This document shows positions 12,312-22,070 of a stretch of DNA of 29,502 nucleotides, piece after piece. Where the stretch lies: the NCBI GenBank assembly GCA_010093995.1, contig ML992512.1, positions 248,001 through 277,502 on the forward strand, given 5' to 3'. A program made the position numbers and the translations under genes. Position 1 is the first letter of the stretch; each line of letters starts with the position of its first letter. The DNA comes from Elsinoe ampelina. Taxonomy: Eukaryota. The notes beneath the pieces are model-generated. The model worked only from the letters and a program-made list of their open reading frames with translations. It was not told the DNA's origin and made no database searches.

Positions 12312-13301
12312 GGTCTTTACTTGTTGCGTCTATGTCATTTGTCAGTCTGTCATACAGCCGCGGCCAGGCTTCAGAGCATACTTGTGTTGACACTTTGGTA
12401 TTTGCGGATTGTCTACTAGGTGAATGTGAGGCGGCTATTGGAGTGAGAGAGACAACTCAAGTTCAAAATCGTATGTGCTTGGTGATTTCTTCGTGCCGTC
12501 CTGCTGACGTATGGGTGATGGTAGACCCACAAAACGACAGGAACACATCACCTGATGCAGCACGCTACTGTAGCTTGATAGAAGACACGGGAGAAGCACA
12601 AGCATGTCAGAGCTTGGGATGGTGCCCGAACTACACATGCCCATCAACGATTGTGTGCAAATCTGGGCAACATGTCGAGAAAATGATATCTGAGGCAGGC
12701 CGCTGCTATTCCCGGATGCTCGACCGCTGGGGTATCCATATTTGAGTTGCAGTCATGGGACATAGAATAGATACTTCATTGGCCATCGTGGATACACCAA
12801 GAAAAAGTTACATGAGTAGTAAATTTGAGTTTGAAGCTGCTGGAAGTTCACTAGCCCCACTTCACCACACCGCGGAGGAGGCGGAATGTGGAGGGGGGTG
12901 GTCAAGTTGGCATCGGAGCTGTGCCAAACGTGCGAGGCCGTGCAAAACATTGCGCACCAATCCTCTTCAGCGGATACCACTTGTGGTCGATCGACAACGT
13001 TTTGATGGTGTACAGCTCCTCTCGCAATGACTATAGCTGCAGTCCTAAAAAGCAGCAGCCCGTGCCAGTAGTTCGGAATTGCTCTTTGCTGGCCGGACAC
13101 CTTCCTTCGACCATACCACCTCCGCAATTCACGCCTCACCGTCCCGACGTGTGTCGAGCAACACTTCAGCATTTACGGTACCCTCATAATTGTCTCACGG
13201 GGTTCCCATCATCGAAACATGACGAACCTGATGAGTCTCAGCCTGCCATATTGAACGTCCGCGTGCATCAGGACAGAGCCAACGCCTGGTAAACCGCCGA
13301 C

Positions 13302-15152
13302 ATGTTTACCACTACAGGACTATTCAAGTCGGTTCCCTGTCCACGACGCGAGAAGTGTGATGCTCTCAACTGTATCTTCTCACATGATGCAAAAGTTCTA
13401 GGCCTCAGTGTACCTCAGTCTTCACATGATGCTGCAAACCACAATGGTAAACCGGTCTCAGGTAGTGCTCATTCTTCAGAGCCGCCTGTCAAGAAGAGGA
13501 AATTAGATGTCAATCTCTCTACAAACTCGTCAACACATGAGTCGAGGCCGACAGCGGTACAACCAAGAATGGCTATCGGAACCAAATCGAAAGTAAGCAG
13601 CCCAGCAACACCGCAAACGCTGAAGAAGACCATCACGCCCCCTGTACTCGCGGCGAAAAGCAACAAGGCAGACGCGCAGCAAGCAAAGCAAGAAGTTCTC
13701 AACCCTCGGCTTCTGATATCCGCACCTGCAGGCCACGAGAAACGGACACTATACCTCAAATATCTCCATGAACAGATGCAGCGGCTGAACAAGCTGGTGA
13801 TTGACGGGAAGCACTCGGAAAAGTCCAAACTCGTGCTCGACTCACAGGAGCTTATCACGGCTGCTCTGGATGAAGAGAGGCAGCTCGCATTCGACAATCC
13901 CACTGTGTACAGCAATGTCATCAAACAGCGGATAGGAACCTACAAGAAGATGGCGGTAGATGACTGGATCAGTCATGTGAAAGACAAGATCTTCGCTGCT
14001 CGCGTGACAACCACTGACAAGATCCCCGGTGCCAAACCTATCGTTACCAATCTTACATCGCCACAAGAAGTCCGCATCCTATTCGAATTGAGCACCAGCA
14101 AGGACATGCTCACGAAACTTGGCTTCGTACTGGAACCTCCGACGCCGGAAGCAATTGAAGAACGCAAGGTAATGACTATGCAGGCGAACCACTTCGAAGT
14201 ATGTGACCGCTGCAAGTCTCGCTTCCAGGTCTTCCCGGAACGGCGGGAATCTGATGGTGTGCTGACCACGAATGGACCCTGCGTCTACCACTGGGGGAAG
14301 ATGAGATATCCAAAGCGTGAGAAGACCGACAAGATCAAGGGCTCCAAAGATCCTGTCTACATCTGCTGCGGTGAGCTACTGAACGCCCCCGGCTGCACAA
14401 CTTGCGACAGTCATGTCTTCAAAATGGTCGAAGCAGCACGAATGGGGGGCGTGGTGCAATTCACGAATACTCCAAAGAACGCAAACCCCAGGAAGGACCA
14501 CAAAGACAGACCTGTGAAAGCAGTGACATTCGACTGTGAAATGGGCTATACGGTGTATGGACTGGAACTCATCCGCCTGACGGCCGTGACCTGGCCGGAC
14601 AACGACGAGCTCATCGACGTCTTGGTTCGTCCCAAAGGCACCATTCTCGACTTCAACACCCGCTTCTCAGGCGTCGACACCAGCACATTCACCTCCGCCA
14701 TCCCGTGGACAGAAGGTCTGACACCTCTTCCAATGAAACCGGGGGCGAACGGCAAAACCGTCCTGCCCATCGTCTCAGACCCCGAAACAGCAAGGGATAT
14801 CTTCTGCTCCTACATCACCCCGGACACGCCCCTCATCGGCCACGCTCTAGAGAACGACATGAATAGCATCCGTCTCTGCCATCCAGTCATTGTGGACACG
14901 ATTGCATTATTCCCACATCCCAAGGGACTACCGATCCGGTACGGCTTGAAGCAGCTCACGCTGACGCATCTCGGGCGGGATATCCAGACTGGTGGTGAAG
15001 CGGGGCATGATTCGTTGGAGGATGCTAGGGCGACCGGCGATCTGGTCAGGGTGAAGGTGGGGCAGACGTGGGAGCAGATGAAGAAGAAAGGGTGGGTGTG
15101 GAAGGGTGGGGAGTTGGTGGCGCCGGAGGGTCAGCGGAGTGTGGCGAAGTGA
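13302..15152 (+). CDS. REX3: RNA exonuclease 3 (DEDDh family)
   Basis: N-terminal C-x5-C-x4-C-x3-H finger, Cys/His region CDRC..CVYHWG..CCG..GC...H, Exo I DCEM, Exo II GHALEND, Exo III HDSLEDA. Confidence 0.92.
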   Translation: MFTTTGLFKSVPCPRREKCDALNCIFSHDAKVLGLSVPQSSHDAANHNGKPVSGSAHSSEPPVKKRKLDVNLSTNSSTHESRPTAVQPRMAIGTKSKVSSPATPQTLKKTITPPVLAAKSNKADAQQAKQEVLNPRLLISAPAGHEKRTLYLKYLHEQMQRLNKLVIDGKHSEKSKLVLDSQELITAALDEERQLAFDNPTVYSNVIKQRIGTYKKMAVDDWISHVKDKIFAARVTTTDKIPGAKPIVTNLTSPQEVRILFELSTSKDMLTKLGFVLEPPTPEAIEERKVMTMQANHFEVCDRCKSRFQVFPERRESDGVLTTNGPCVYHWGKMRYPKREKTDKIKGSKDPVYICCGELLNAPGCTTCDSHVFKMVEAARMGGVVQFTNTPKNANPRKDHKDRPVKAVTFDCEMGYTVYGLELIRLTAVTWPDNDELIDVLVRPKGTILDFNTRFSGVDTSTFTSAIPWTEGLTPLPMKPGANGKTVLPIVSDPETARDIFCSYITPDTPLIGHALENDMNSIRLCHPVIVDTIALFPHPKGLPIRYGLKQLTLTHLGRDIQTGGEAGHDSLEDARATGDLVRVKVGQTWEQMKKKGWVWKGGELVAPEGQRSVAK

Positions 15153-15335
15153 GCATGGGCGATGGAGCGAGTCGATCGTCATGGGGTGGGAGGCGGTGGA
15201 GTGGGCAGATCATGAAGTCGTTGAGCATCGTCGCAGTGTGATCTGTATACCTAGAAGCGAAATCTCCAGCCGATCGTACCTCGTGTTCCTCCTTCGCACA
15301 TCTCTTCATAAGTATCATTCACTACCAGCACCCCC

Positions 15336-16163
15336 TCAATAAGTCCTCCACAAATTCCACGCCAAAAACATCCTATCCCCCTGCCCCCTCGTAAACCCCG
15401 TCTTGCAATAATCATAAGTATAATCCATATAATTCTCCACCAAATCCGTCCCGTCCATACCAGGACAACTATCCTGACTGCCCCTCTCGGGGCAATACCA
15501 CGTAACCGCACTCTGCTGCGGCGTATCATCCACCTCGTCCCCGGCCCCATCACAACTCTGCCCCTCGAACGTATGCATCAACCCCAACCAATGCCCGACC
15601 TCGTGCACGGCCGCTATGCCCTGCTCGTACCCCGCCCAGGCGCCGCCGGGGAGGGCGTCGGCGTGGATGTACGCGCCGTCGAAGGAGATGTCCGTTGGCC
15701 GGGAGGGGTTGGGGATGGGGTAGTACGCGTACCCGACCACGACGGGGAGGTCGGATTGGAAGTAGAGGTTTAGGGTGCGGTAGTCGCCTTTGCGGAGGAC
15801 GCGCGCCATGTCGGATTGGGTTTCGTTGGTGGTGGCCCAGAGGTCGTTGTTGTGGAAGGTGGTGGACATGTGCCGGAAGGAGATGTCCGAGGGGGCGTAG
15901 CGGGCGTTGAGGACGGAGATTTGCGCGTCGATTTGCGATTGGGTGTACCGGTTGGCTTTGGCGGCGGTGGTGATCACGTGGACGTGCACCCAGATGCCGG
16001 ACATGGCGGAGGCGGCGCGGAGGGAGGAGCGGGGTGGGAGGGGCCCGTTGGAGGGGATGGGTGGGGCGCCGCATGAGGCAGGAGGGGCGGCGGGGAGGAG
16101 GGCGGAGCTTGCGAAAGGGGAGAGGAGGGCGAGGGCGAGGGTGAGATGGCGGAGAGGAGACAT
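15336..16163 (-). CDS. Secreted zinc metalloprotease, peptidase M43 (pappalysin/ulilysin-like)
   Basis: Signal peptide (MSPLRHLTLALALLSPFASSA), propeptide CG, HEVGHWLGLMH zinc motif, Met-turn ENYMDY, FTRGQ.DRM. Confidence 0.92.
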   Translation of the reverse strand: MSPLRHLTLALALLSPFASSALLPAAPPASCGAPPIPSNGPLPPRSSLRAASAMSGIWVHVHVITTAAKANRYTQSQIDAQISVLNARYAPSDISFRHMSTTFHNNDLWATTNETQSDMARVLRKGDYRTLNLYFQSDLPVVVGYAYYPIPNPSRPTDISFDGAYIHADALPGGAWAGYEQGIAAVHEVGHWLGLMHTFEGQSCDGAGDEVDDTPQQSAVTWYCPERGSQDSCPGMDGTDLVENYMDYTYDYCKTGFTRGQGDRMFLAWNLWRTY

Positions 16164-17207
16164 GATTGAGGAAAGGAGGAATAAGATCTAGTGGTCACGA
16201 TTGGTGATCGGGTCGAGGTGTAGGACATAGAAGCTGTACTTATTCTCGCTCAAGTTTTGGGCTTCAAGCTTAGGATCTTGCAAGCCCCTCTTGTCCGGTG
16301 GCTAGTGTAGAGCTGTGCCCATGTGAAGGCCGTGCATCCTCCGGTGGACAGGTCTCCAACATCAAAAGATATAGCGCATCGAACATCTCGTCCGGTCACG
16401 ATATATTGTGATGCTGCTCAATGTGGATGGCGAATGACTACAAGCTGAAGTTATACCGGTGAGGCTGCCGGTGAGCATGCTGTAATGATCCTCCAGGAAG
16501 TATTGCATGCCGAGTAATGAACGGAACAGATGTTGGTATACCCCTCGAATTTTCCGCATTCAATCTGCTGACCGGTAAGGCTTCCTGGTTGGGGGTAGCC
16601 AAAACCAGAATCCACGATCAACATGAGTCGTGGTTTTTGGACTTCTTCCGAACTTCCAGACGCTCGAAGAAGGATTTCAAAAGCAATGCAGCTTCATTGC
16701 CAGCCAGTCTTAACATTTTGCTACAATACAAGCTACGGTATGAAGTCCGTGAGAACGATCGTCGGAGAAGTGGCGGTCAACCAGCGCCTTGGTATACAAA
16801 CCCCTGCAAGTGATAAGTCAAGCTTGAACAGCACATGTTGCGGCTGAACCTTGCATGTTCTCGCAGAATAGATTCGATAGTGCTGCACTGCTGGTGTATG
16901 ACCGCAAGCCACGATGTTGGTTCTTCGAAGGAAAAGCGAATCGGAATTGTAGCCAGAAAATTGCGGCTGAAAATGCACGAATCAAAACGTGAGGTTGGCG
17001 CGAGTCAGTTCGCTGCATGTCATGTTCCTCGGCCTTTCTGGCTCCGTTTTCCCTGTGACCTTCATGTTGACCGCTTTGTTCGGGGGAGCTCAGCGACATG
17101 GCCAGTTGCATCGATGTCCTGGTTTCGTGGTCTGGTAGTGAGCCTTTTGTTCTTGTGATGTAGTAGCTTGTGGCCATGTACCTCTGGACATACAATTTCG
17201 AATGCTC

Positions 17208-18707
17208 CTATCGAGTATCCATGCAAGCAACTGTTCCATCTGCTTGGACCGACCCATACCTTCGACATATCATCCAATTCCGCATCTCGTTGATCATGAT
17301 TATGATCTCCAGCAGCGACAGACCTGTGCCGACTCTGCCGCTGATAGACCGTTCCAGGCGCCTTGATAGAGCATCTCTCTTGTTAAACTCACGGCAACAA
17401 GGGGCATGCAGCACAGTACCTCGGCTACCATCCCTGTCGTGGTCGGGAATGAAGTCATGAACGTCGCGTATCCTGACCACACTGCTATCTTGCAGGACAT
17501 CGAGATCGAAGCTCATGTTGAAGGGTCCGCGTATCTGAAGGTGCTTAAATTCGATGGCTAAAGCAGACGGTGATGCTTTGAGCCAATTGACGGTATCATC
17601 ACCAAGGAGGCTCCTTATCGACCATGGCTTGAGCTTGCGATGAAAGTTAAAGATGTTCTCGAACAGAGGTATACTGAAACGGTGCTCTACTGGGTGAATG
17701 TAGATGACCAGTCGCCAAGCATCGAAGATGTTTGATCTGTCCTTGTTTCGCACAAAGGGAATGCGTAGCAACGACGGGGGGTCGAAGTGGTGAAGTGATT
17801 TTGCTTTCCTGCCGTCAACTTGTGGGTCGATAGAATTCGAGACTAGAGGTAGAGCTGCATAAATGTGTCCTCGTACTTCTGGTGGCAGGTCGAAGAAGGA
17901 TAGGGACTGAGGGTTGCAGCCGCGGGTAAGGATTACGGAAGGCTGTGACGAGATCGTTGTCTTGCCGCGGTGGTGACGGCGTCTCTCGGCTTGTTTCTCC
18001 ATCTTAGCAGCGAGTTTGGCAAAGTCTTGCATATCGGCTGCTAGTTTCATGCTGAAATCCACAAGGATTTGTAGCTCTGTTGTGGTTATGCCATAACCAT
18101 TCCTGGCTGCGATGGACGCGGACAAACAGGAGCATAGACGACCCAACGCTTGCTCTCTATACGGGAGCCAGCCGACCAGTTCAAGTTGAGCTTGTAGCTT
18201 TTGCCATAGCGGCAAGTCCTCGCATCCTGCCAGGAAGGGAGTGTATGTGGTTCGGGGGGGCCCATCAATCGGGGCTGCTATATCAAAGCACACAAATGTA
18301 CATCCGTCGAGTCCAGAGAATCTGATGTGAGGGAATTCGATTGGTGGACAGCCGAGAAGGGGCTGTCGCAGGAAGTCGAAGTAATCAGGAAAGAAATGAT
18401 GCCTAGCATCCGTGATCCTCTTGCTCGTGACATACCTTCTGGAGTGCTCAAAGTGGGGTCGAACAGCTGAGAAGGCTAGTTTCTGATCGAATTTGATGAC
18501 TGCGGCAACGTGGAAGAGTGGCAACTCATGCAGAAACGAGGTTCTGGTCTTGAGACTCCGAGGTAAGTCGTCAAATACCGCCAGAATGAGCTGGTAAATC
18601 CTGGACCGGACTTGTGGAGGCAGGTCGAAGAAGGATGTCGACGGCTGACGATGGATACGTGCATTCCGTGTGAGAAGCTGCCCATCGCTGGCTAGCATGA
18701 GGGGCAT
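17208..18707 (-). CDS. Hypothetical protein with two tandem ~250 aa units, each starting with an F-box-like motif
   Basis: 499-codon ORF. SFFDLPPQVRSRIY and SFFDLPPEVRGHIY; also paired IEFPHIRFSG/IEFKHLQIRG and LSASIAARNGYGITTTEL/LERSISGRVGTGLSLLEI. Confidence 0.75.
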   Translation of the reverse strand: MPLMLASDGQLLTRNARIHRQPSTSFFDLPPQVRSRIYQLILAVFDDLPRSLKTRTSFLHELPLFHVAAVIKFDQKLAFSAVRPHFEHSRRYVTSKRITDARHHFFPDYFDFLRQPLLGCPPIEFPHIRFSGLDGCTFVCFDIAAPIDGPPRTTYTPFLAGCEDLPLWQKLQAQLELVGWLPYREQALGRLCSCLSASIAARNGYGITTTELQILVDFSMKLAADMQDFAKLAAKMEKQAERRRHHRGKTTISSQPSVILTRGCNPQSLSFFDLPPEVRGHIYAALPLVSNSIDPQVDGRKAKSLHHFDPPSLLRIPFVRNKDRSNIFDAWRLVIYIHPVEHRFSIPLFENIFNFHRKLKPWSIRSLLGDDTVNWLKASPSALAIEFKHLQIRGPFNMSFDLDVLQDSSVVRIRDVHDFIPDHDRDGSRGTVLHAPCCREFNKRDALSRRLERSISGRVGTGLSLLEIIIMINEMRNWMICRRYGSVQADGTVACMDTR

Positions 18708-20328
18708 GTTGACCTTGGTGTGTCATATCCCAGGCGCCTTGGTTGCATGCACGATTCGCTTGAACGATCGTGTATAGTCTCTCCACCGTCACTTCACCAG
18801 GTTTACTGTAACAGAATGTACGCTCTGTTGATACCGCCTGAGTAATTGTATCGATTGCAGGCCGAGGTCACAGGCGAGTGACAGAAGATGGATGGACGGC
18901 GAGATGGGCTTCTGCCTGAATGGCTTGCTATGTTTAGCCGCAACGCCGCATCCGAAGCCACAATATAGATTGATAATCTAGTCGAGTCAAGAGGGGGACG
19001 TGACAGCTGGGCGACATGTCGAGCGACGTTCCAGGTCACGGGTGTGAAGGGCTTCTGCTGCTTCACATGTTCTCGAGTAAGTGGGCGCTCTGTGACGTGT
19101 CGATTCTGCAACAAAGGCAGAATGCCGGCATGATTCCATCCGCCGGCATAATTCGCGGGACAAGATCGACAGGGACAAACGCGGGATGCACGTGTACGGG
19201 CAGAGCAGGGTCCTGGGAGTTTGTCGACCTGTCAACTAGCGAGACAATCGACATGTCAACTGTCAAGCTATGATGCCGTACGATCATCGCCGTGACTATT
19301 GTTGGGATACTGTACGATTCTGTACGGCAAAAAAGCGGCTGAGCAAGACATTATGACAGGCCAGTCTCGAAGCAAGCGTTTAGGCTCTAGACAGATGCGA
19401 GGCGACTTTGCAACAAACACGAAGCACATGACACAGCATGTCTTGGATTGTCGGACCGGACGGCAGACAAGGTGGAAAAGACGTTATGCCGCCGACCAGT
19501 TTTTCCGAAGACAAGGCTCATCGTTGGTGGTTTGTCAGGGTCGTTGAGGCGGGTCGTTGTGGTTGCGGGGAGCTCACGAGATGAGCGTCAACGCGCAAAC
19601 CATGGCAGGGAATGTGCACAGAGGCGCTGATCTCGTGATAAGCGACGGCGAGTCTGGGTCAGGGTGCAGGAAGAGGGAGGAGGTGGTGGTGTGCGGCGTG
19701 TGTGCAGTGGAGACCGAGGGATCAGATGTCTCCAGCGTGGAGAGGGAAAAGTGGAGAATATGGGACATCTGTGAAAATGGCGTCCTCTCAACTTTCGGCG
19801 GCGTCGGGCGGCGTCTGTCGTGTTTGCGCGCCTGAGACAGAACCAAGAAGCCGAACAACCAGTGATAGCAAAAGATGTGCAACAGGCAAAGGATCCGCGG
19901 TGGTCTGTGACCCCAGACAGAGCGTGACAAAGCCTGCAGCGTGGCACTCGTGCGCGTACGGCGGAAAAGTCTAACCGTCGACGTCTTGAGCTCTACCGGA
20001 AGTCTTCGTACCAGAGCAAGACATGTTACGCGAGTCTCGCCCATCAGTGTGTGAAGACGAGGTGATATATATGCACTAGCAGCCGCCTGTCAATGTCCGG
20101 ACGCACAGCTCTAATTAAATCACTTCCAGCTGCTCCTGATCGCAGGTCGATCTCAGTCAATTAATCTATTTACCCGCGCGTAATCTGTTCCGGATCCCAA
20201 GCAAAAAGGACCCTGTGACCAAAAGGCAAACAACTGGACAGGACAAGTCACAATCAGGACAAGGTCAGGTCCACTTCTTTCTCCGCGAACCTGAACCGTA
20301 GAACCGATTTCTGGCCCTTGCGCCGCCT

Positions 20329-20353
20329 AATCCAATCCAATCCAATCCAATCC
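20329..20353 (+). repeat. (AATCC)5 pentanucleotide microsatellite
   Basis: aatccaatccaatccaatccaatcc read directly, ~110 bp upstream of the ATG at 20464. Confidence 0.9.
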
Positions 20354-20463
20354 ACAAAACATCAGCTCCTCCTCACATCCTCTTCCCTTCAAAATCCCCA
20401 GCACCAACGCGTGCAGGGATTCCTCCGCGGCAGTACAACACATCCTTCTCTCCCCCCGCCTTC

Positions 20464-21606
20464 ATGCCGCTGTCCCTCTTCACCATCATCCAGGCAGAGG
20501 ACGATCTCCTCGCCCGCGCAGTGGAGGGGTTTGAGCATATGACCCGATCTACACGAGACGTCATGCCTAATTCCGAAGCCCGGCAGGTCCGGCGCGACAC
20601 TCAAAGGAACGACTCCCGTCAACTCCATGTCGACACTGCGAACCATAATAATAACAGGCACTCGGTGCCTCAAGTAGCGTTGCCTGCCCGCGTCGCTCGT
20701 CCTCTCACTCCTCGACGTTCCACCGCTCCAGAATTACCCAGCCCCACGCCCACCCACCCCAACGCTGCTCTCGCATATCAAGTGGCACAACCCCGACAGC
20801 GAACCAGATCTCCATATTCACGAAGTCACTTACGATCACGATCAGCCAATACCCCAAACATGGCAGAGCCCATGGCTAGGGCGCATTCACTGCCTGCACG
20901 ACCTGCTTCGTCTTCGTCTCTTTCTCCGGCCTTGGGATCCACAAGCCCTTTGCTACGATCACCAATCCGCTCAGGAAGTCCTTTCAGACCGTCTTCACCT
21001 CATGAGCTCCACTCAGCTAATGTCAATTCACCATCCTTTTACGACGGTGGGTTTGAGACCATTTCTGAGCATGCAGAACTTGATCTATCACGGTCATCCT
21101 TCGATCGCAGCATCTCCATGAATAGTCTCAACTCTTCACGACCAGTTGGGCCTCGACGACAACGCCAGTCTTCTCCCAACAGGTCACCTCTCACCTCGTC
21201 TGCGTCTTCACCCGCTCTCTCTGCTCAGAGATTCGCAAACGAGTCTTACCCAGCTCTTCACCACTACGGGAGCACGTCCTCCTTTACTTCTCTGCCGAGC
21301 ATGCCCTCCACTCCTTCTACCAACCGTTCGCGCTCGCCCTCCATCTCTTCCCTGGAAACTATCGAAGATGCACCCGACCTTGAGTACGAGGCAATCGAAG
21401 CAGACCGCATGGAAATGCTCAAAGAAGAAGCCGAAGGGGAAGAAGCTGAAGAGACCCCTCGCCGAAGGGGCGCCAGCCTCGACATCCCTTCGCGTCCCAT
21501 CGGCTTCGGCTTCACGAAGGGTCAGGCAAGGAAGAGATGGAGTGTCTGCGGGGGAGAGAGAAGGGCGGACCTTGACTTGGAGACAATCTGGGAAGACCAG
21601 AATTAG
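20464..21606 (+). CDS. Ser/Pro/Arg-rich, largely disordered fungal hypothetical protein
   Basis: 380-codon ORF with motifs RSPYSRSHLRSRS, PSTPSTNRSRSPSISSLETIEDAPD and C-terminal KRWSVCGGERRADLDLETIWED, which resemble a conserved Pezizomycotina hypothetical family (from recall). Start codon uncertain. Confidence 0.8.
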   Translation: MPLSLFTIIQAEDDLLARAVEGFEHMTRSTRDVMPNSEARQVRRDTQRNDSRQLHVDTANHNNNRHSVPQVALPARVARPLTPRRSTAPELPSPTPTHPNAALAYQVAQPRQRTRSPYSRSHLRSRSANTPNMAEPMARAHSLPARPASSSSLSPALGSTSPLLRSPIRSGSPFRPSSPHELHSANVNSPSFYDGGFETISEHAELDLSRSSFDRSISMNSLNSSRPVGPRRQRQSSPNRSPLTSSASSPALSAQRFANESYPALHHYGSTSSFTSLPSMPSTPSTNRSRSPSISSLETIEDAPDLEYEAIEADRMEMLKEEAEGEEAEETPRRRGASLDIPSRPIGFGFTKGQARKRWSVCGGERRADLDLETIWEDQN

Positions 21607-22070
21607 AAAACGACCAGGCGGAATACACGCATGGACAGGTAAGACTGGGTTTGCATTGATTGCACAGCGGGAACGGGAAGCGTTTACGCATATGGGAAGG
21701 GAAATGAACGGAATGATACCCCAGGGAGGATAGAAGAAAGACGATAGATCACGACCACCAGACGTGCGCGTCTGAATGAGCAAATTCGTTTTCACTTTTC
21801 AATCCTTGTCCACAATCATGCGTCGTGCGTGCCACCGAGCAAAACATAGGTTGTTTCTGTACAGGGTCTTAATAAGCACCTCTCGCAAGCAGATATGGTA
21901 TCAGCGCGCCGTCAGAACTCCTCCAATGCAATCCACCTTCGTCCCAACATTCATCATTCATGACCTGCCCTTGGTCCTCCCATCTTCCCCTCGACCAAGT
22001 CCAACGACCCATGATATGCTCGCTCATCAATCATGATCCGGACCCCACCCCTCCACCTTCCACGAGCCCC

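Noticed and set aside
16200..17200. Several 65-125 aa ORFs between the M43 and F-box-like genes
   Set aside because: No motifs, codon bias or convincing splice structure.
18750..20460. 1.7 kb divergent intergenic region with overlapping short ORFs
   Set aside because: No supported coding model; likely promoter or long 5' UTR. uORFs cannot be established from sequence alone.
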